Assembly: GCA_964016885.1 (NCBI GenBank) | Contig: OZ024740.1 | Coordinates: 63,364,001-63,428,000, forward strand | Length of the DNA stretch: 64,000 nt | From: Eledone cirrhosa | Taxonomy: Eukaryota | Direction: 5' to 3' | In this document: piece after piece, positions 12,937 through 26,839 of the stretch | Position numbering within the stretch: the stretch's first letter is position 1 | How the letters are laid out: the number at the start of each line of letters is the position of its first letter | Notes under the pieces: generated by a model | What the model saw: only the letters and a program-made list of their open reading frames with translations | Database searches by the model: none | Told to the model about the DNA's origin: nothing | Translations under genes and position numbers: made by a program

Positions 12937-13963
12937 TAAAAAACATGAGAAGAAAGAATACTGCGTGGTTGCACATGGGTTACATATGATAAAAATCGTC
13001 AGTGATTTTCCAACCATCATTGGTATTTCATCGCTTTAAAAATGTATATACCTCCGGTTGGTGCGAGCAATAGCTAAATAAAGCTATTGGGACAAATAAA
13101 TTGCGTAAAGCGAGCGAGACAAGTAAACAAACATAGAAGGATGATAACTGTTTCTACTTTAGGCACAAGGCCAGTGTATTACTGGTACTTTATTTTATCG
13201 ACCCCGTAAGGATGAAAGGCAAAGTCAACCTCGGCGGGATTTGAACTCAGATCGTAAAGGGACGTAACTATGCTGGAAAGCATGGCGTCCGACCCTCTAC
13301 TGATACTGCCAATCCACCGAACGCAAAGATAGGAAAAAACAAGCAGCATGGGAATCCGGCCAGCTGGTGGATTTCATGAGCGAGCGAGATACAGACCGTC
13401 CGACGTGAGTGAGATGTTAGCAAGAAGAGAACCCACTACAGGCCAAACGGGAGGAAGTGAGAAGGGGAGAAACAGAGAGTGAGTGAGTGGAAGTGCGAGG
13501 AAGAGGCCAGTCGAGAGAAAGTGTAACTGACAGAGGGGGCGAAAGAAGGTGAGAGAAACAGAGAGAGCGGGGAAGCAGTAAGAGAGAAACAGACAAACGC
13601 AGCCGAGGAAAATATATATAAAAAACATGAGAAGAAAGAATACTGCGTGGTTGCACATGGGTTACATATGATAAAAATAGTCCTTCGTCAGTGATTTTCC
13701 AACCACCATTGGTATTTCATCGCTTTAAAAATCATATACCTCCGGTTGGTGCGAGCAATAGCTAAATAAAGGTATTGGGACAAGTAAATCGCGTAAAGCG
13801 AGCGAGACAAGTAAACAAACATAGAAGGATGATAGGAACGCAAAGATAGGAAAAAACAAGCAGCATGGGAATCCGGTCAGCTTAAGCTGGGTGGATTTCA
13901 TGAGCGAGCATAATACAGACCGTCCGACGTGAGTGAGATGTGAGCAAGAAGAGAACCCACTAC

Positions 13964-13965
<2 letters not shown>
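12937..13965 (+). repeat. Tandem direct duplication of about 350 bp; copy 1 is interrupted by a SINE
   Basis: aaaacatgagaagaaagaatactgcgtggttgcac...gaagagaacccactaca occurs at about 12937-13440 and 13620-13965. Confidence 0.85.
13147..13318 (-). mobile_element. tRNA-derived SINE family A (ggcggtggattggcagtatcggtagag..gagttcaaatcccgccgagg..gataaaataaagtaccag)
   Basis: Has an A/B-box-like head. Further copies lie at about 15067-15250(+), 15618-15790(+), 17121-17260(-), 33200-33372(+), 40830-40969(-), 41808-41985(+) and 52793-52940(+). Confidence 0.85.
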
Positions 13966-14010
<45 letters not shown>

Positions 14011-14040
14011 TCTCGGATATGACACCCTTAATTTAATTTT

Positions 14041-14079
<39 letters not shown>

Positions 14080-14269
14080 TACAACTAGATTGTCCAAATT
14101 TGCCCCCACCCACTCCCCTAATTCAGAAATGCTTCCACCGCCCCTGTCGTGTTTTAATGGCCAACATTCCAGAACATTTAATTTGTTAGCTTTAATCTGT
14201 ATGTCACAATATGCTCTCAAATTACTATGTATACAGCAATTTTGACTACTTCCCTCCCCATTACATCAC

Positions 14270-15250
<981 letters not shown>

Positions 15251-15269
15251 TTATTATTAGAAGAAAGTG

Positions 15270-15612
15270 CTGCTTTCCAGCTAGTTTGTTGAAAGGTGGG
15301 GGTGAGAGGCGAGATTGGCCCGTGTGAATGGGCCTGCCCTGAATGTGTGCCTGTAGTATTGAAGGACAACTGGGAGAGGGTGCTTTAGTGGTCTGGGTGA
15401 CCGTGGCTTTCGTGGGCTTTCTCCACGAGTAACCCTTGGAGTTTCTTCACCTTTGGGAATTTGTTATGTTCGTTTTTTTTTTTAATGTTTATTTTCTTAA
15501 TCTCTGTTATAAATTTTATTTCACACAAAAACTCACACTGTATCGTTCTGTACCCTCTTTAATGTCTCCTTAATGTGAGTCCTGTGTGGTTAATAAGAAA
15601 GCCTTATTATTA
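15270..15612 (+). mobile_element. 5'-truncated 3' end of a Tx1-like LINE
   Basis: gaaaggtgggggtgagaggcgagattggcccgtgtgaatgggcc matches the minus strand of 2640-2690. It ends in (TTA)n. Confidence 0.6.
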
Positions 15613-16257
15613 TTTTAAAGGCGGTGGATTGGCAGTATCGGTAGAAGGTCGGACGCCATGCTTTCCAGCATAGTTACGTCCCTTAACGCCGAGGTTGACT
15701 TTGCTTTTCATCCTTACGGGGTCGATAAAATAAAGTACCAGTAATGTACTGGGAAATTGCTGGCCTTGTACCAAAAGTAGAAACAATTATTATTAATATT
15801 ATTATTTTGTTTTTCATTTGCGACGGACATGTTCATATCAGCTCCAGAAGGTTGGTTATTTGGGGTTGAATAAATTGTTGAATAATTTTGTTGCGAACTG
15901 TATATAAGTGTAGCGAAATCTCTTCACAACCTAACACCCTGACACCCGAATGACATCTAGCTGCCATTTCTCTGTTATCTGGATTGACGTCATCGCTTCT
16001 GGTTTTTCGAAAGAGAAGCATCACTTCGACCTGCTCAAGCAAGTGACGAGATGTAGCACTTAACAAAAAAAACTTCGGCCCTCTCGACAAGTGCTCAACA
16101 GCAATTCTTCCATAGACATTCAACTACACACAGAGAATCCTACAGCTCCTTTGTACTGCCAGCTTACTGCTACCTATGCTGGTGTGCACATCCTTAAACA
16201 AGTTGTCACTTTGAAATCGAACGTAACATAATAAACACTTAACATCAATAATGAATG

Positions 16258-17120
16258 ACCTTCTGTATTCATTTCTGCAGGAAAACTATCTCATCAATAA
16301 AGCAAAAGGGGTGTAAACGGGGATCATATGGTTGTAAGGACCAACTATTAATAAACAAAGTGATACTGAAAAACTGCTCTATAAAGAAAAGAAGTCCAAG
16401 CACAGGCCGGATAGACTATCGAAATGTTATTTATAGTGTCCCCCATTCATAGACACTTCAATCTCTTGAGATTTACAAATTATCCTCCAAAATTATAAAT
16501 ATCTTGAAATAAAGTATGGGTTCAGGGAAAACAACTCTTTTCTTGAAACACAGCAAAGGGACAACAAATTCAGCAGAAATCTCGATACGTAGAGGAGTTT
16601 CATTTCCCCCTCCTCTTTTGTATAGCATTAATCCCTCTTTCTCATACTACCTATGGCTACAAAATTAAAGAAAGCCTTTTCAACCATGTATTCTGTATGG
16701 ATGATATTAAGCTCTTCCCTGAAGATGATAACATATTAGAGAGTCTGCTTAAGACAGTCAAATATTTTAGTCGTGACATAGGCATGGAGTTTGGTCTTGA
16801 TAAGTGTGCGCAAAACTGTCCTTGAAGAAAGGCAAAATAACTGCTAGTTCCACCATAGACATCGACATATACACAAACATAAGAGAACTTGGTCAAGAGC
16901 ACACCTACAAATATCTTGGCATCTCTGAACGTAGGGGGGTACGCCACACCCTAATGAAGGAAAAAGTCATAAAATAATATTATAGACAAGTGCGATTTAT
17001 TTTAAACACAGAGCTCAATTAAAAAAACAGAATATCTGGGATAAACAGCTTAGCCATACCTCTTGTTCAATACAGCTTTAACATAGTTAAATGGACAGTA
17101 CAAGATATCAAAAGAGTAAC
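16258..17120 (+). mobile_element. Degenerate RT fragment of an RLE-type (R4/Dong-like) non-LTR retrotransposon
   Basis: Motifs QKGCKRGSYGCKDQLLI, IDY....SVPHS, FCMDDIKL, DIGMEFGLDKCA and YKYLGI, with many stops. Confidence 0.7.
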
Positions 17121-17752
17121 GTTACTAGTACTTTATTTTGTCGACCTCGATGAAAGCCAAAACTAACCTTGGCCTGATTTGAACTCAGAACATAAACGGG
17201 AGCAACTATATGCCGCAAAACAAGTTGTCCAACGCTCTACTGATACTGCTAATCCACCGCTTAATTCAATATTAAGAATGAGAGAAACGTTGTGTCTTTT
17301 AGAAGGGAATAATTTAAGAAGAAAGTTGCAGTTCTCTTCCATTGATCATCATAACTTGACAATTATGAACGATGCCATGGAAAAATTTCACTTTTTTTTT
17401 TCAATTAATTGTTTTGAATGCTTATTTGTGATTCTTTACCGAATGGGTGACAGACAGAATGTACTTTCTATCGAATATGTATAAAGTGCATTAATTGTTT
17501 CTTATCTTCCCTTCGTTTTCAACTCTGTGGTGTACCCAATGGCAGGACTTTCAAATTCAAACACACACATACACAATGTTTCTTTCATGTTGATTCCATC
17601 CAGAGTGAAAATATTGGCAAAATCTAAGAAATGTCTATGAAGCTGAAGAAAGTAAGAAATAGAAATTAGTGTTTAGGAACAAGAACAATGGTTAATTAAA
17701 TGACTCTATATTGAGAAGTGGACTACATTTGACTACTACCACCACCACCTCC

Positions 17753-17787
<35 letters not shown>

Positions 17788-17792
17788 CACCA

Positions 17793-17836
<44 letters not shown>

Positions 17837-17845
17837 TACTACCAC
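17120..17845 (-). repeat. Right arm of the inverted duplication (ends in (CTA)n/(CCA)n)
   Basis: Mirror of 14270-15250, including the microsatellite positions and the SINE at the inner edge. Confidence 0.75.
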
Positions 17846-18879
17846 CTGTGGAACCTAGTCAGTTGGGTATCACATTAACTCTAAGGAAAGAATTAGGGGT
17901 TATTGGAAACCTACAAAAAAATAGTTAGAATTATATCAAGCCTCTTGTATTAACTACAGTTGCAAAAGCTTAGTGAGAGTCAAATTGTTTGTTACTGACA
18001 CAAAACAAGCCATATAGACATAGTATTTACTGAAAAAAATAATCAGAGAGCTGAGGAGTCCATGTAGAAGGAGTAGCGCCGGTTCCCGCCTTAGCAATCT
18101 ATATGTTATAATATACTGTCAAGTTACACAGCAGAATACACAGCAGTTATACTGTTCACAGCAGTATTTTTTACTTCCCACCCTATTACATAACCAGATA
18201 CAAATTATGTCTATCTACCTCTATCTTCACCACTACACACTAGTAGATCATCTGACAAAGAAGTAATACCATAATATTCATTGTCTGCCTCATAAGTTAC
18301 CAAGTTACAATGAAAATCCCACTTTTAATGTTAACAGTTTATCTGTATTGGTGGTAATGACCAGTGTGTTTGATACCCCAACAACGTCCATGTTTGGGGA
18401 CATAATGATTTAATAGAGCCATCAAATGTTAATATCTTAATTTTATTATCACTTCTCTCTGTCATCTATTGCAGTTCAATGAACATGTAGTACTGTTTCC
18501 TTGTCACTAAGCCTACCATCACCAAATTATAGGTTATTAGAAACCTATAAAAACAGTTAGAAAACACATCAGTTTTTGTCTCTCAGATAAACATCCACCA
18601 TATATATCACAAAGAGGTTTGATATAAAGAATGGTTACTTTATATATAGTTTTGTATATAAATAATTTATTTTCTTAGCAACAATCAACATATTTACTGT
18701 TTTATTGTCTATTGCTATGACATTTTTTGGCATGTGATATGGACCCTATAAATTATTTCAACTTGATTATAATTTTGAATAGATACTATGTCTATATGGT
18801 TTGATTTGTTGTCACAATAACAAACAATTTGTTAAATGATCTGGATATTGACAAAGGTCCCTCAATGTATTCCCCCTAT

Positions 18880-19560
18880 GTCTTACATAGAAAAGACTTT
18901 CCTTAAAATCCTTGCTGTACCAAGAAGTGCTATCTTCTGCATGACCTGTAACCTTTTATCAATTCCAATTCTATTTACACAGTTCTCAAAACTATCCAAT
19001 ATACATCCCAATACTCCGATCAACACTGGAATCACTAAAATATTCTTCAACCCCCCACAACTTTCCAGCCTCTTCCTTTTGTTCGAAATACCTGCTCCTG
19101 GGCGCTGCACACCTGAGCTTTGGTGCATTCTTTCAGATTGCAATCTTTAAGCCATGACCATCTCTTTTGGCAACCAAGACCTTCTTTATCTCTAGTGTAC
19201 TGTCCATTCATAAGTTTATCCTTCCATTCCTTTTCAAGTCCTTTCTGAACTCTCTTCTTAGTCATTAGGTGCTACTGCATCACCAGATTTCAGTATGTCG
19301 AAGTCTCTTACTTTTGACATGATGGTACTCCTTACATTTCTAAGGTACCAAGATAGGTTGTTTTCTGTTGTTTTAACATGATTTTCACAACTTATTAATC
19401 CTCTACCTCCTTTCTTTCTTCCAGCATAAAGTCTTGCAACATCACTCTTTAGTTAGAGTTCTTTATGCACTGTCTTCAATTTCTTAGTTTTCCTATCAAT
19501 ACTTTCCAATACATCTTTTCTCCATTTAATAACCCCTGCCCCATAGCACATTAGAGACAC
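18880..19560 (-). mobile_element. R4-like non-LTR retrotransposon C-terminal remnant
   Basis: Motifs IPVLIGVLG..LQVMQKIALLGTARILRKVF, GGRGL and AQEQ on the minus strand. Confidence 0.65.
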
Positions 19561-19563
19561 AGT

Positions 19564-19613
19564 TCTTGTCTGATGATCTTGTGAGAAGCAGGCGAAACTC
19601 CACAGTAACAAGA
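19564..19613 (+). ncRNA. Type I hammerhead ribozyme motif
   Basis: Stem I ucuugu/acaaga (6 bp), core CUGAUGA (19570-19576), stem II cuug/cagg, GAAA (19594-19597), stem III ACU-ccac-AGU, and cleavage triplet GUA ending at 19607. Confidence 0.7.
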
Positions 19614-20086
19614 CTCACGATTTAGCCTTAATAAAATGAATACTTAAATAACATGAATATTTAGATTCTACTTCGGTATTTAGTACTCTTTTCTTTCGGC
19701 TGCCAAGTACATGTGGATATATATATACATGCTCATTGAAACAACAACACAAGACCAGACTAGAAAATTTACTTTAGAATTTTAATTCTGCAAAAGCACT
19801 ATGCATATTTCTATGGCCCAATTCTAACATAAATGATATATATACATATATGTATGTGCATGTATATATGCATATATCTATGTGTGTGTGTATTAATGTA
19901 TATATGTATGTTCTTCTGCTTTTATAATTTCACAAATTTTTACCAAAAGAGAGAGAGTCAGTTTCTAACATAGATACAAGACTCTCTCATTGGAATTTAC
20001 ACATCAACTAGGTAGATATGTCTTCATGTCTGCATGCATGTGTAGATATGGATGTTATTGCATGTGTGGATGTGGAAGTTTTAAGT

Positions 20087-20087
20087 T

Positions 20088-20118
<31 letters not shown>

Positions 20119-21105
20119 AATTATTGTGTACAGTGCTCAGGTGCACTACAACTCATCAAAGGTGCATGTATAGTACATAGAATAATGTACAAATGTCAGG
20201 AAAATAAACAGTGTATGAGTCATGATATAATAACAATAACAATAATGAAATATTGTGCACAGTGCCCAGGTGCACCACAACCCATCAAAAAAGTGCATGT
20301 ACAGTACATAGGGCAATGCACAAACATCAGTAAAATGAACAGTGCACACATGTGTGCATGTGTATGGAAGGGGCACATCAGGTGTAGTTTTGGCGTATTT
20401 CGGGAAGCATGAGTGTCTTAAAGGATGCAGTGTCCCGGCAGCCAACAACTGACGCAGGCAGCTTGTTCCATGTCTCAGCAACTCTGAGCGTGAAAAAATG
20501 TCTGCGAAAGTCATGGGAGCTGTGCTGTTTTCTTATCTTGTAGGCATGTCCACGTGTGTTAGACACATGGAGATCAAAGAGGCGCTCAGGGTTGCAGTTG
20601 GCGAGATGGTTAAAAACTTTGTGGGTATTCACCAAGTCCACTGCCAGACGTCGGAGCTTCAATGAATCCATGCCCAGGGAAGCAAGGCGTTCAGAGTATG
20701 GTAGGTGTCTGATGGAGGGTATGCGCTTGGTTGCACGTCTCTGAACAGTTTCCAGGAGGTCAATGTTCCGAGCAAGATAGGGGTTCCAGACTGATGATGC
20801 GAATTCCAAGTGTGGTCGCACCATAGCTGTATACAGTTTTAAATAGATGGCTGGAGAGCGGCTAACAAAGGTCTTGCTGAGTGATGCCAAGACACCCTCG
20901 GCCTTCTTGACAATCTTAGAGACATGCTTTGTCCAACGCAAATCGTTGCTGACAGTAATGCCTAGGTCACGTTCACAAGAGGACTTTTTGATGTCAGTGT
21001 TGTGGAGGGAGTATGTGGACGCTGGATTTTTCCTTCCAAAATGCATGGTGGTACACTTGTCCACAGCCAGCTTCAGTTGCCAGTCTGTGATCCATTGCTG
21101 CATTG
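20087..21105 (-). mobile_element. CR1/L2-like LINE 3' fragment with (TAA)n tail
   Basis: ORF 20378-21103 contains ERDLGI, LYTAMVRPHLEFASSVWNP, VQRRATK, TRGH and FFTLRV..WNKLP. It is the same family as 41990-43600. Confidence 0.85.
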
Positions 21106-21189
21106 TGCGTATGCTTTGTATCTGTACAAGTGTATATGCAGAATTTTGGGAATGTTTTACATATTTTTACTGTTCCATTAATGCATTGT

Positions 21190-22130
21190 ACTTGTAATTT
21201 CCTAACTAGTCATGTTCTTTGTGTTTCTGTGAAGCCCAGCTTCTCAAGATTTGTACTGAGGCAGATACTAACATATCCTAGTGCCCCAATAATCACAGGC
21301 ATAAATCTGAAGGTATAGTCAGGGTGGAGTATCTAGATTTCTCATTAGTTCTGCATAGATATTCTCCTTTTCACTAATCTTTGATATTATATTGGCATCT
21401 GCTGGGCTGCTAACTTCCACTACTGTGCATGCATTCTTTCTCCTGTCCCACATCGTTATATCTGGTCTGTTATGCCTGCATTTTATTGGGGTTTTTACAG
21501 GAACATTCCACCAGTACTCTTTCATATTATGTATATGTATGTCTTCCACATTGTTGTAGCTTTTAATGTGTTTATTATCAGGGCTATCTTTTCTACGGAT
21601 TGCATTGTACAGTGTTTTGGCCACTACATCATGCCTCATAGGTAGATAGTACCATGATGACATCTTTGGGCAGCTGCTTATGACATGGGTGACATCATGT
21701 TAATTCTGCAGAGTTTGCACTTGTTGTCACATCTAGGTGTTTTGCCTGCATCCCTATCTTTTTTGTGAATCAGGTATTTTGTGTTGATTTCCCGTTCTTG
21801 GATTACAAAAGCCTATCCTTCAAAGTGGGAGCCAATATAGCGGTTGTTAGTCCAAGATAGACTATTTTGCTTATCTATATTACTCTCACTCTGGAGCTTC
21901 CTGGCAACATATCCATGCAAGATTTTTTGCTGATAAGCATGCAGTTTTTCATCCTTGGAATCACTGCGGTACTGCTGGGCAATTTCCCTGGATGTGAGTT
22001 TTTGATTATCATGCAGGGAGTATCTTTCAAAGAGTTCCTTCCCACTCTCATGATCTTCTCTGTCTCATACAGATAAACTTGCCCAATAGATGGGCTTCTA
22101 CACTCCAAGGTTCGTAAATGTTGTTGGAAG
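21190..22130 (-). mobile_element. R4-like retrotransposon remnant with CCHC and restriction-like endonuclease domain
   Basis: C..C...HVISSCPKM..RHD followed by HNRPDI..VVEVSSP..K..EK..IY (PD-(D/E)xK type). Confidence 0.75.
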
Positions 22131-22449
22131 GGTATGTATGTATATAAATAGGTATGTACTTCTGTATGTCTAGCATTTAATCTTGGAAATGTATTAATAT
22201 TACAAATTATTGCTAACAGTATAAATGGCAAATAACTATATAGTCAGTGAAAACAGTGCCTATATAGTTACCTCCCTTTGACGGTGCTACACTAATGATT
22301 TCATATGATTCGAACGTAAGAAAAAGACAGAAATAAAGATGTAAATGAAACAAATATATGCGTAAGATTAAAAAGAAAATTATGATTGTCAATTAGTAAT
22401 TTTCACATCATAACAAAAAGTAAATAATTAAAATAGTGAAAAGTAAAGT

Positions 22450-22530
22450 AAGATCACGTGCGCAGGATATCTTATCCAATCAGAAGTAGCGTAGGAGAAG
22501 CGTCCTTGAGTAAAGAATCTGACGAGTCAG
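22450..22530 (+). promoter_or_regulatory. Probable RagA proximal promoter
   Basis: Unique, locally CpG-containing sequence about 200 bp upstream of the ATG, with E-box TCACGTG (22454-22460) and CCAAT (22476-22480). Confidence 0.5.
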
Positions 22531-22688
22531 GTGACGACTTTCTTTTTCCTTTTTTTTTTATTTGCGGAAGAAGAAGAAAAAAATACGGGAGTGAATGATT
22601 TCGGCAGAAGGATATTTCACGTTTACTTCAGTGTTGATATTTGTGGTGAAATTATCGATTTTATCTAATTGTTAATCTCACTACCATC

Positions 22689-22700
22689 ATGAAAAAGAAG
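22689..22700 (+). CDS. RRAGA: Rag GTPase A/B, coding exon 1 (MKKK)
   Basis: atcATGAAAAAGAAG|gtaagt with a consensus donor. It joins exon 2 in phase 0 to give [16 protein letters not shown], as in RagA. Confidence 0.85.
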
Positions 22701-24599
22701 GTAAGTAGCATAATATTAGTGAATAGAATACTTCCTTCCAGTTTGGTGTTATTATTGTCATCATTTCTTTCTTCCGTTTACTTACGAACTACCGTCATTT
22801 TACTGAGTTCTATTATACGCCTACTTTATTTACATTTTCTATCATTTCGCCTCATCTTTTATATATAATTTAATAAGGAATATTTACGTTATTCCCTGTA
22901 TTATCTTCTATTATTCTAATGTCTATAGTGACGTAAATTAATTGCGAAAGTTAGTTCCTGAAACGTGGTTAACCATTTTCCACCATGTGACAGATTCTTG
23001 ATTTGGCAGTTATATGTTTACATTAGTTGCTAACTGAAGATTTTTTTTTTTTTTTTCGTTTTTATTTGGAGGAGGAGACTTCATGGAATGAAAGTGGAAA
23101 CTAACACAATTTAAACAAATATTACAAAAACTTAGCATAATTAACCCGTATCTATTATCAGTTCCGTGTTAGAAATTTAACTTCACTATAAATTGACTTA
23201 ATACTAAAATAAACATCTCAAATTCATGACCTATTACGTAAACATAGTTTATAGTGCAAAGGAAGAACGTCTATAGTAACGATACACATGTTATATATTG
23301 TGAAACGGTGTTAAAAATAGAATCTAAGTTTCGAACTCGCCTCGTGAAGGTCTTAATTTTCATGGTAATTGATGTATTTTGCCATAAATTAAGACACGCT
23401 TTCCGTGTTCATAAATACACATGCATATTTTTTTACGTGTTACAGTACCGATGGTTTAGTCACAAGATATAGTTTTAAATTTGGAGATTAGAAGTTAATT
23501 CCAGTGTATAATTGGTATTTATTTACTCGATCCTGTAGCAGGAAGTCTATAGTCGGCTACAATCGGGTTGGAACCAATATATTCATAGTATTGAACTAAA
23601 TACTGATTAATTATTAAATGATCTAAATCGGAAGTGTCTTTCTTCTCCAAACTAAACGTTGATGAAATGCAATTTAATGTAATTTTTTCAGGTATTTTCT
23701 ATCTGATTAGATAACTCCCTTAATGGCGTATTTGTTATATTTGTGTATAAATTTTCTCCGTATTGCAAATACATCGTTTCTGACGATTACACGCGAGGGA
23801 AAACGTATACATGGCTTTCGACCTGTTAGAAATAGCAGTCAAATCTTCCTCAAACCACAACCTACCATAATAAGAAAAGGGCAGACACATTACAAAAAAT
23901 ACTCTTTGAAAATTAAAATGGACTGGTCGTGGTTGAAATACATTTGATCATAGATCTGTTTGATCGGGGTTGACTTGGTGCTAAACATCCTCTTGGAGAG
24001 GGACTACATCGAGCTTGGAGCAGTTAGCACTTTTTATTGATTAGTTTTATATATATATATATATTTTAATCCCAATAATGTGTTCAAAATCAACTTGCAT
24101 TAGTTTTTACTCTCAGCTTTCTCTGGATTGGACTGTTACTTTGATAATCGATACGACATCGTAAAAACTCAATCTTCCCTTTACATTTTCACACACACAT
24201 ACATGGAATTTAAAAACAAACATTTACTGTATAATAGTGTAGAGTCTAATTTTATATTTCATTACGCTCTAGACCTAGACCTTGACTCATTTCCATCATA
24301 AATTAGATAGTGACCACAGTCCATCATAATTACCATTATACTGTTTCTAACTTTTCTCATTTGAACCAATTTCTTCTTCACTTCATACAATATAATGCTA
24401 AACTGCTAAAGGTCTGTTTGAATAAGTCAGGGAGCCAGTACAACTTCGAAGATACTGTTAGAAAGATGTGATATCAAATGTAATATAATGTAAGAATCCC
24501 AAATGCAGAAAATAACTAACAACAGTCAATCACTGAGATATATATGAAGGCCGGTGAAAAATGAAGCGAGCTTGCTTCAATGTATGTGAAATATTAATA

Positions 24600-24890
24600 T
24601 ACATGAACTATGAAGCATGGATGGGATGAAAGCGAAGCTGAGTATAAGAGGAATCAAATGTAGTGTTCAAGAGAGAAGACTGTACTGATATGGCTATGCG
24701 ATGTATATGGATGATGATCACTGAGTGAAGAGGTGCCAAGAATTCCAGTGGAGGGAAGCTGCAATAGAGGAAGATCAAGCAAAATCTTGACTGAAGTGGT
24801 AAGAGCAGATCTTAAAATACTGAACATCACAGAGGGGATAACAAAGAAAGGCAACGAGTGAAGGGAAGCTGTGCTGGAAAAGACCGTCTA
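24600..24890 (+). mobile_element. Old RTE LINE 3' remnant
   Basis: Degenerate similarity to the 3' coding end of the RTE at about 62130-62460 (..agtataagaggaatcaaatg..agagaagactg..). Confidence 0.55.
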
Positions 24891-26839
24891 TCATATGATG
24901 ACAATGATATATATACACCTGTGTGTGACCCATAGTGGTCTTCTAAGATCAAAATATTCATTTGATTACAATTGTTGTACTTGGTAGAGAAATGTAGATA
25001 TCCAAGATGGCAGCATTACATAAAGGAAGCAGTTTGTGCCACATTTGTTCCTAGCTTTAAACTAAAGAAGTGCTGTTAAGAGATAGAATCAAGTGTAAAT
25101 TAAGAATGGAAAGAGGGTAGATTCTGCAGTGCAGAGTCACTTAGATTACAGTAGAATAACTAGAAAAGGGTAACATGTTTATATATCAAGTAGTTGATTT
25201 TATTCTGAACATTATGCTGTGTCAGATCTTCATCTTTCTCTTGTCGGACTACTCTATTTTGCCATCTGTTGACTGGACTCTCTTTACCCTGTGTTTTATC
25301 AATTCTAGTGTTTTTTAGTTAGTTAAAGTTGTCTGTTCTAAGCTGAAGGCTCATCAGGCTGGTGCTTATACTCAGTTTCCTTGGTGCTCAGTGACTGAGA
25401 GTACAAGACACTCCCTGGACAGAATGCCAGTCTATCACAGGATTAACTTCCCAGCTACTGCTGGTACTCACTCCTAACTGAGTGTACTGAAGCAACATGA
25501 AATAAAGTGTTTTACTTAAGAACACAATGCTGTACCCTGACCAGTCTAGGAAGCAGTCACTAAATAAATAAGACTGCATGGGATAGATGAGGACTTCGTA
25601 AATCCTAGAGAAGGCAGCAACTTTCTAGTGTTTGTGGCATGATAAAATGCACCCAGTCCACAATGTAATGCAGTTGAGCCAGAAAACTTCTGCCTTAAAA
25701 GCCATGACTAGCACAACATACACACATTATTCATATAAAAGCTAAGATGTCTCATGCCAAAATTGCACTGCTTCCATCAACAGAGACTTTTAAAATGTGC
25801 TCTGATGGGTTCATGAATACTATCAATATGAAAGAAACAATCTTACAATGTCACACCATTGCTATAAACAATATTCAACGTTTTAGCCATTACAAATAGT
25901 ACAGTTCACATGTTACAAACCATATATCCTAATGTTTAGGTTCATGGCCAGGGCCAGGAAATAGTTCAGCACTGATCAGCTGCTTAACCTATAAAAAACA
26001 AATGTAACTCACATGAGCACTACTCACATATCTTTGATGGCATTACTACTTTGCTTTACATACATATATAGATAAATGTAGATGACATCTTAAATCAAAG
26101 GTCGTCTTTATAATTTGAAAAGATTCATTCACCAGCTCTCTGCAACTATTATCCCATAGATATACTGTTTCTTCTTTTTATCCTTTCTACCATTATTATA
26201 ATGGGTTTCAGTATAATCTACTTTCCCTAAGCTATAAACCATTCGTTTTTTCAAGCTGCATACCACTTCATCCAAACCCTCCCGAGGAAACATTTTATAC
26301 CAATACTTCTGGTATGGCCTTGTGGTTAGAATGTTGGATACACGATCATAAGGTTGTAGGTTTAATTCTTGGACTGGACACTGTTGTATTCTTAAGCAAG
26401 ATGCTTTATTTCATGTTTCTTGATAGCATTGTGACTCATATCATTAAAACACCCGAGAAACTCCCTATGTAATACAATCTCATAGAAGGCTGGCTAAACC
26501 TAGGTGTGAATTGTAAATTTCATTTTTTTTAAAATTCTAATACCCTTGAACTTATCTCCTTCACATCATTTACTTACAAACATCACCATTCTGAAAGGCC
26601 TGCTCTAATTAACAAAAAAACAGGCCTCCATATCTTCCCTTAAATCATAAACATACACATTATTCATGAGCTAACAGAAATGGTAGAGCAGTGGGCTGCA
26701 ATTAAATGCTTTTCAGCATTTGAATTCATCCCTCTACTGCTTGCCTCAAACACTAGAAGGACCACTTCAGCCTTCTTCATCACCCACCTGTCCCAATCGA
26801 TTCCTACCTAACTATCACCGTTGACACAACTGCAACCAA

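Noticed and set aside
1908-14146. 13-bp inverted match (caggggcggtgga / tccaccgcccctg) as TIRs of one 12-kb hAT element
   Set aside because: There is no 8-bp TSD and no transposase. A similar end at 12601 suggests separate MITE fragments.
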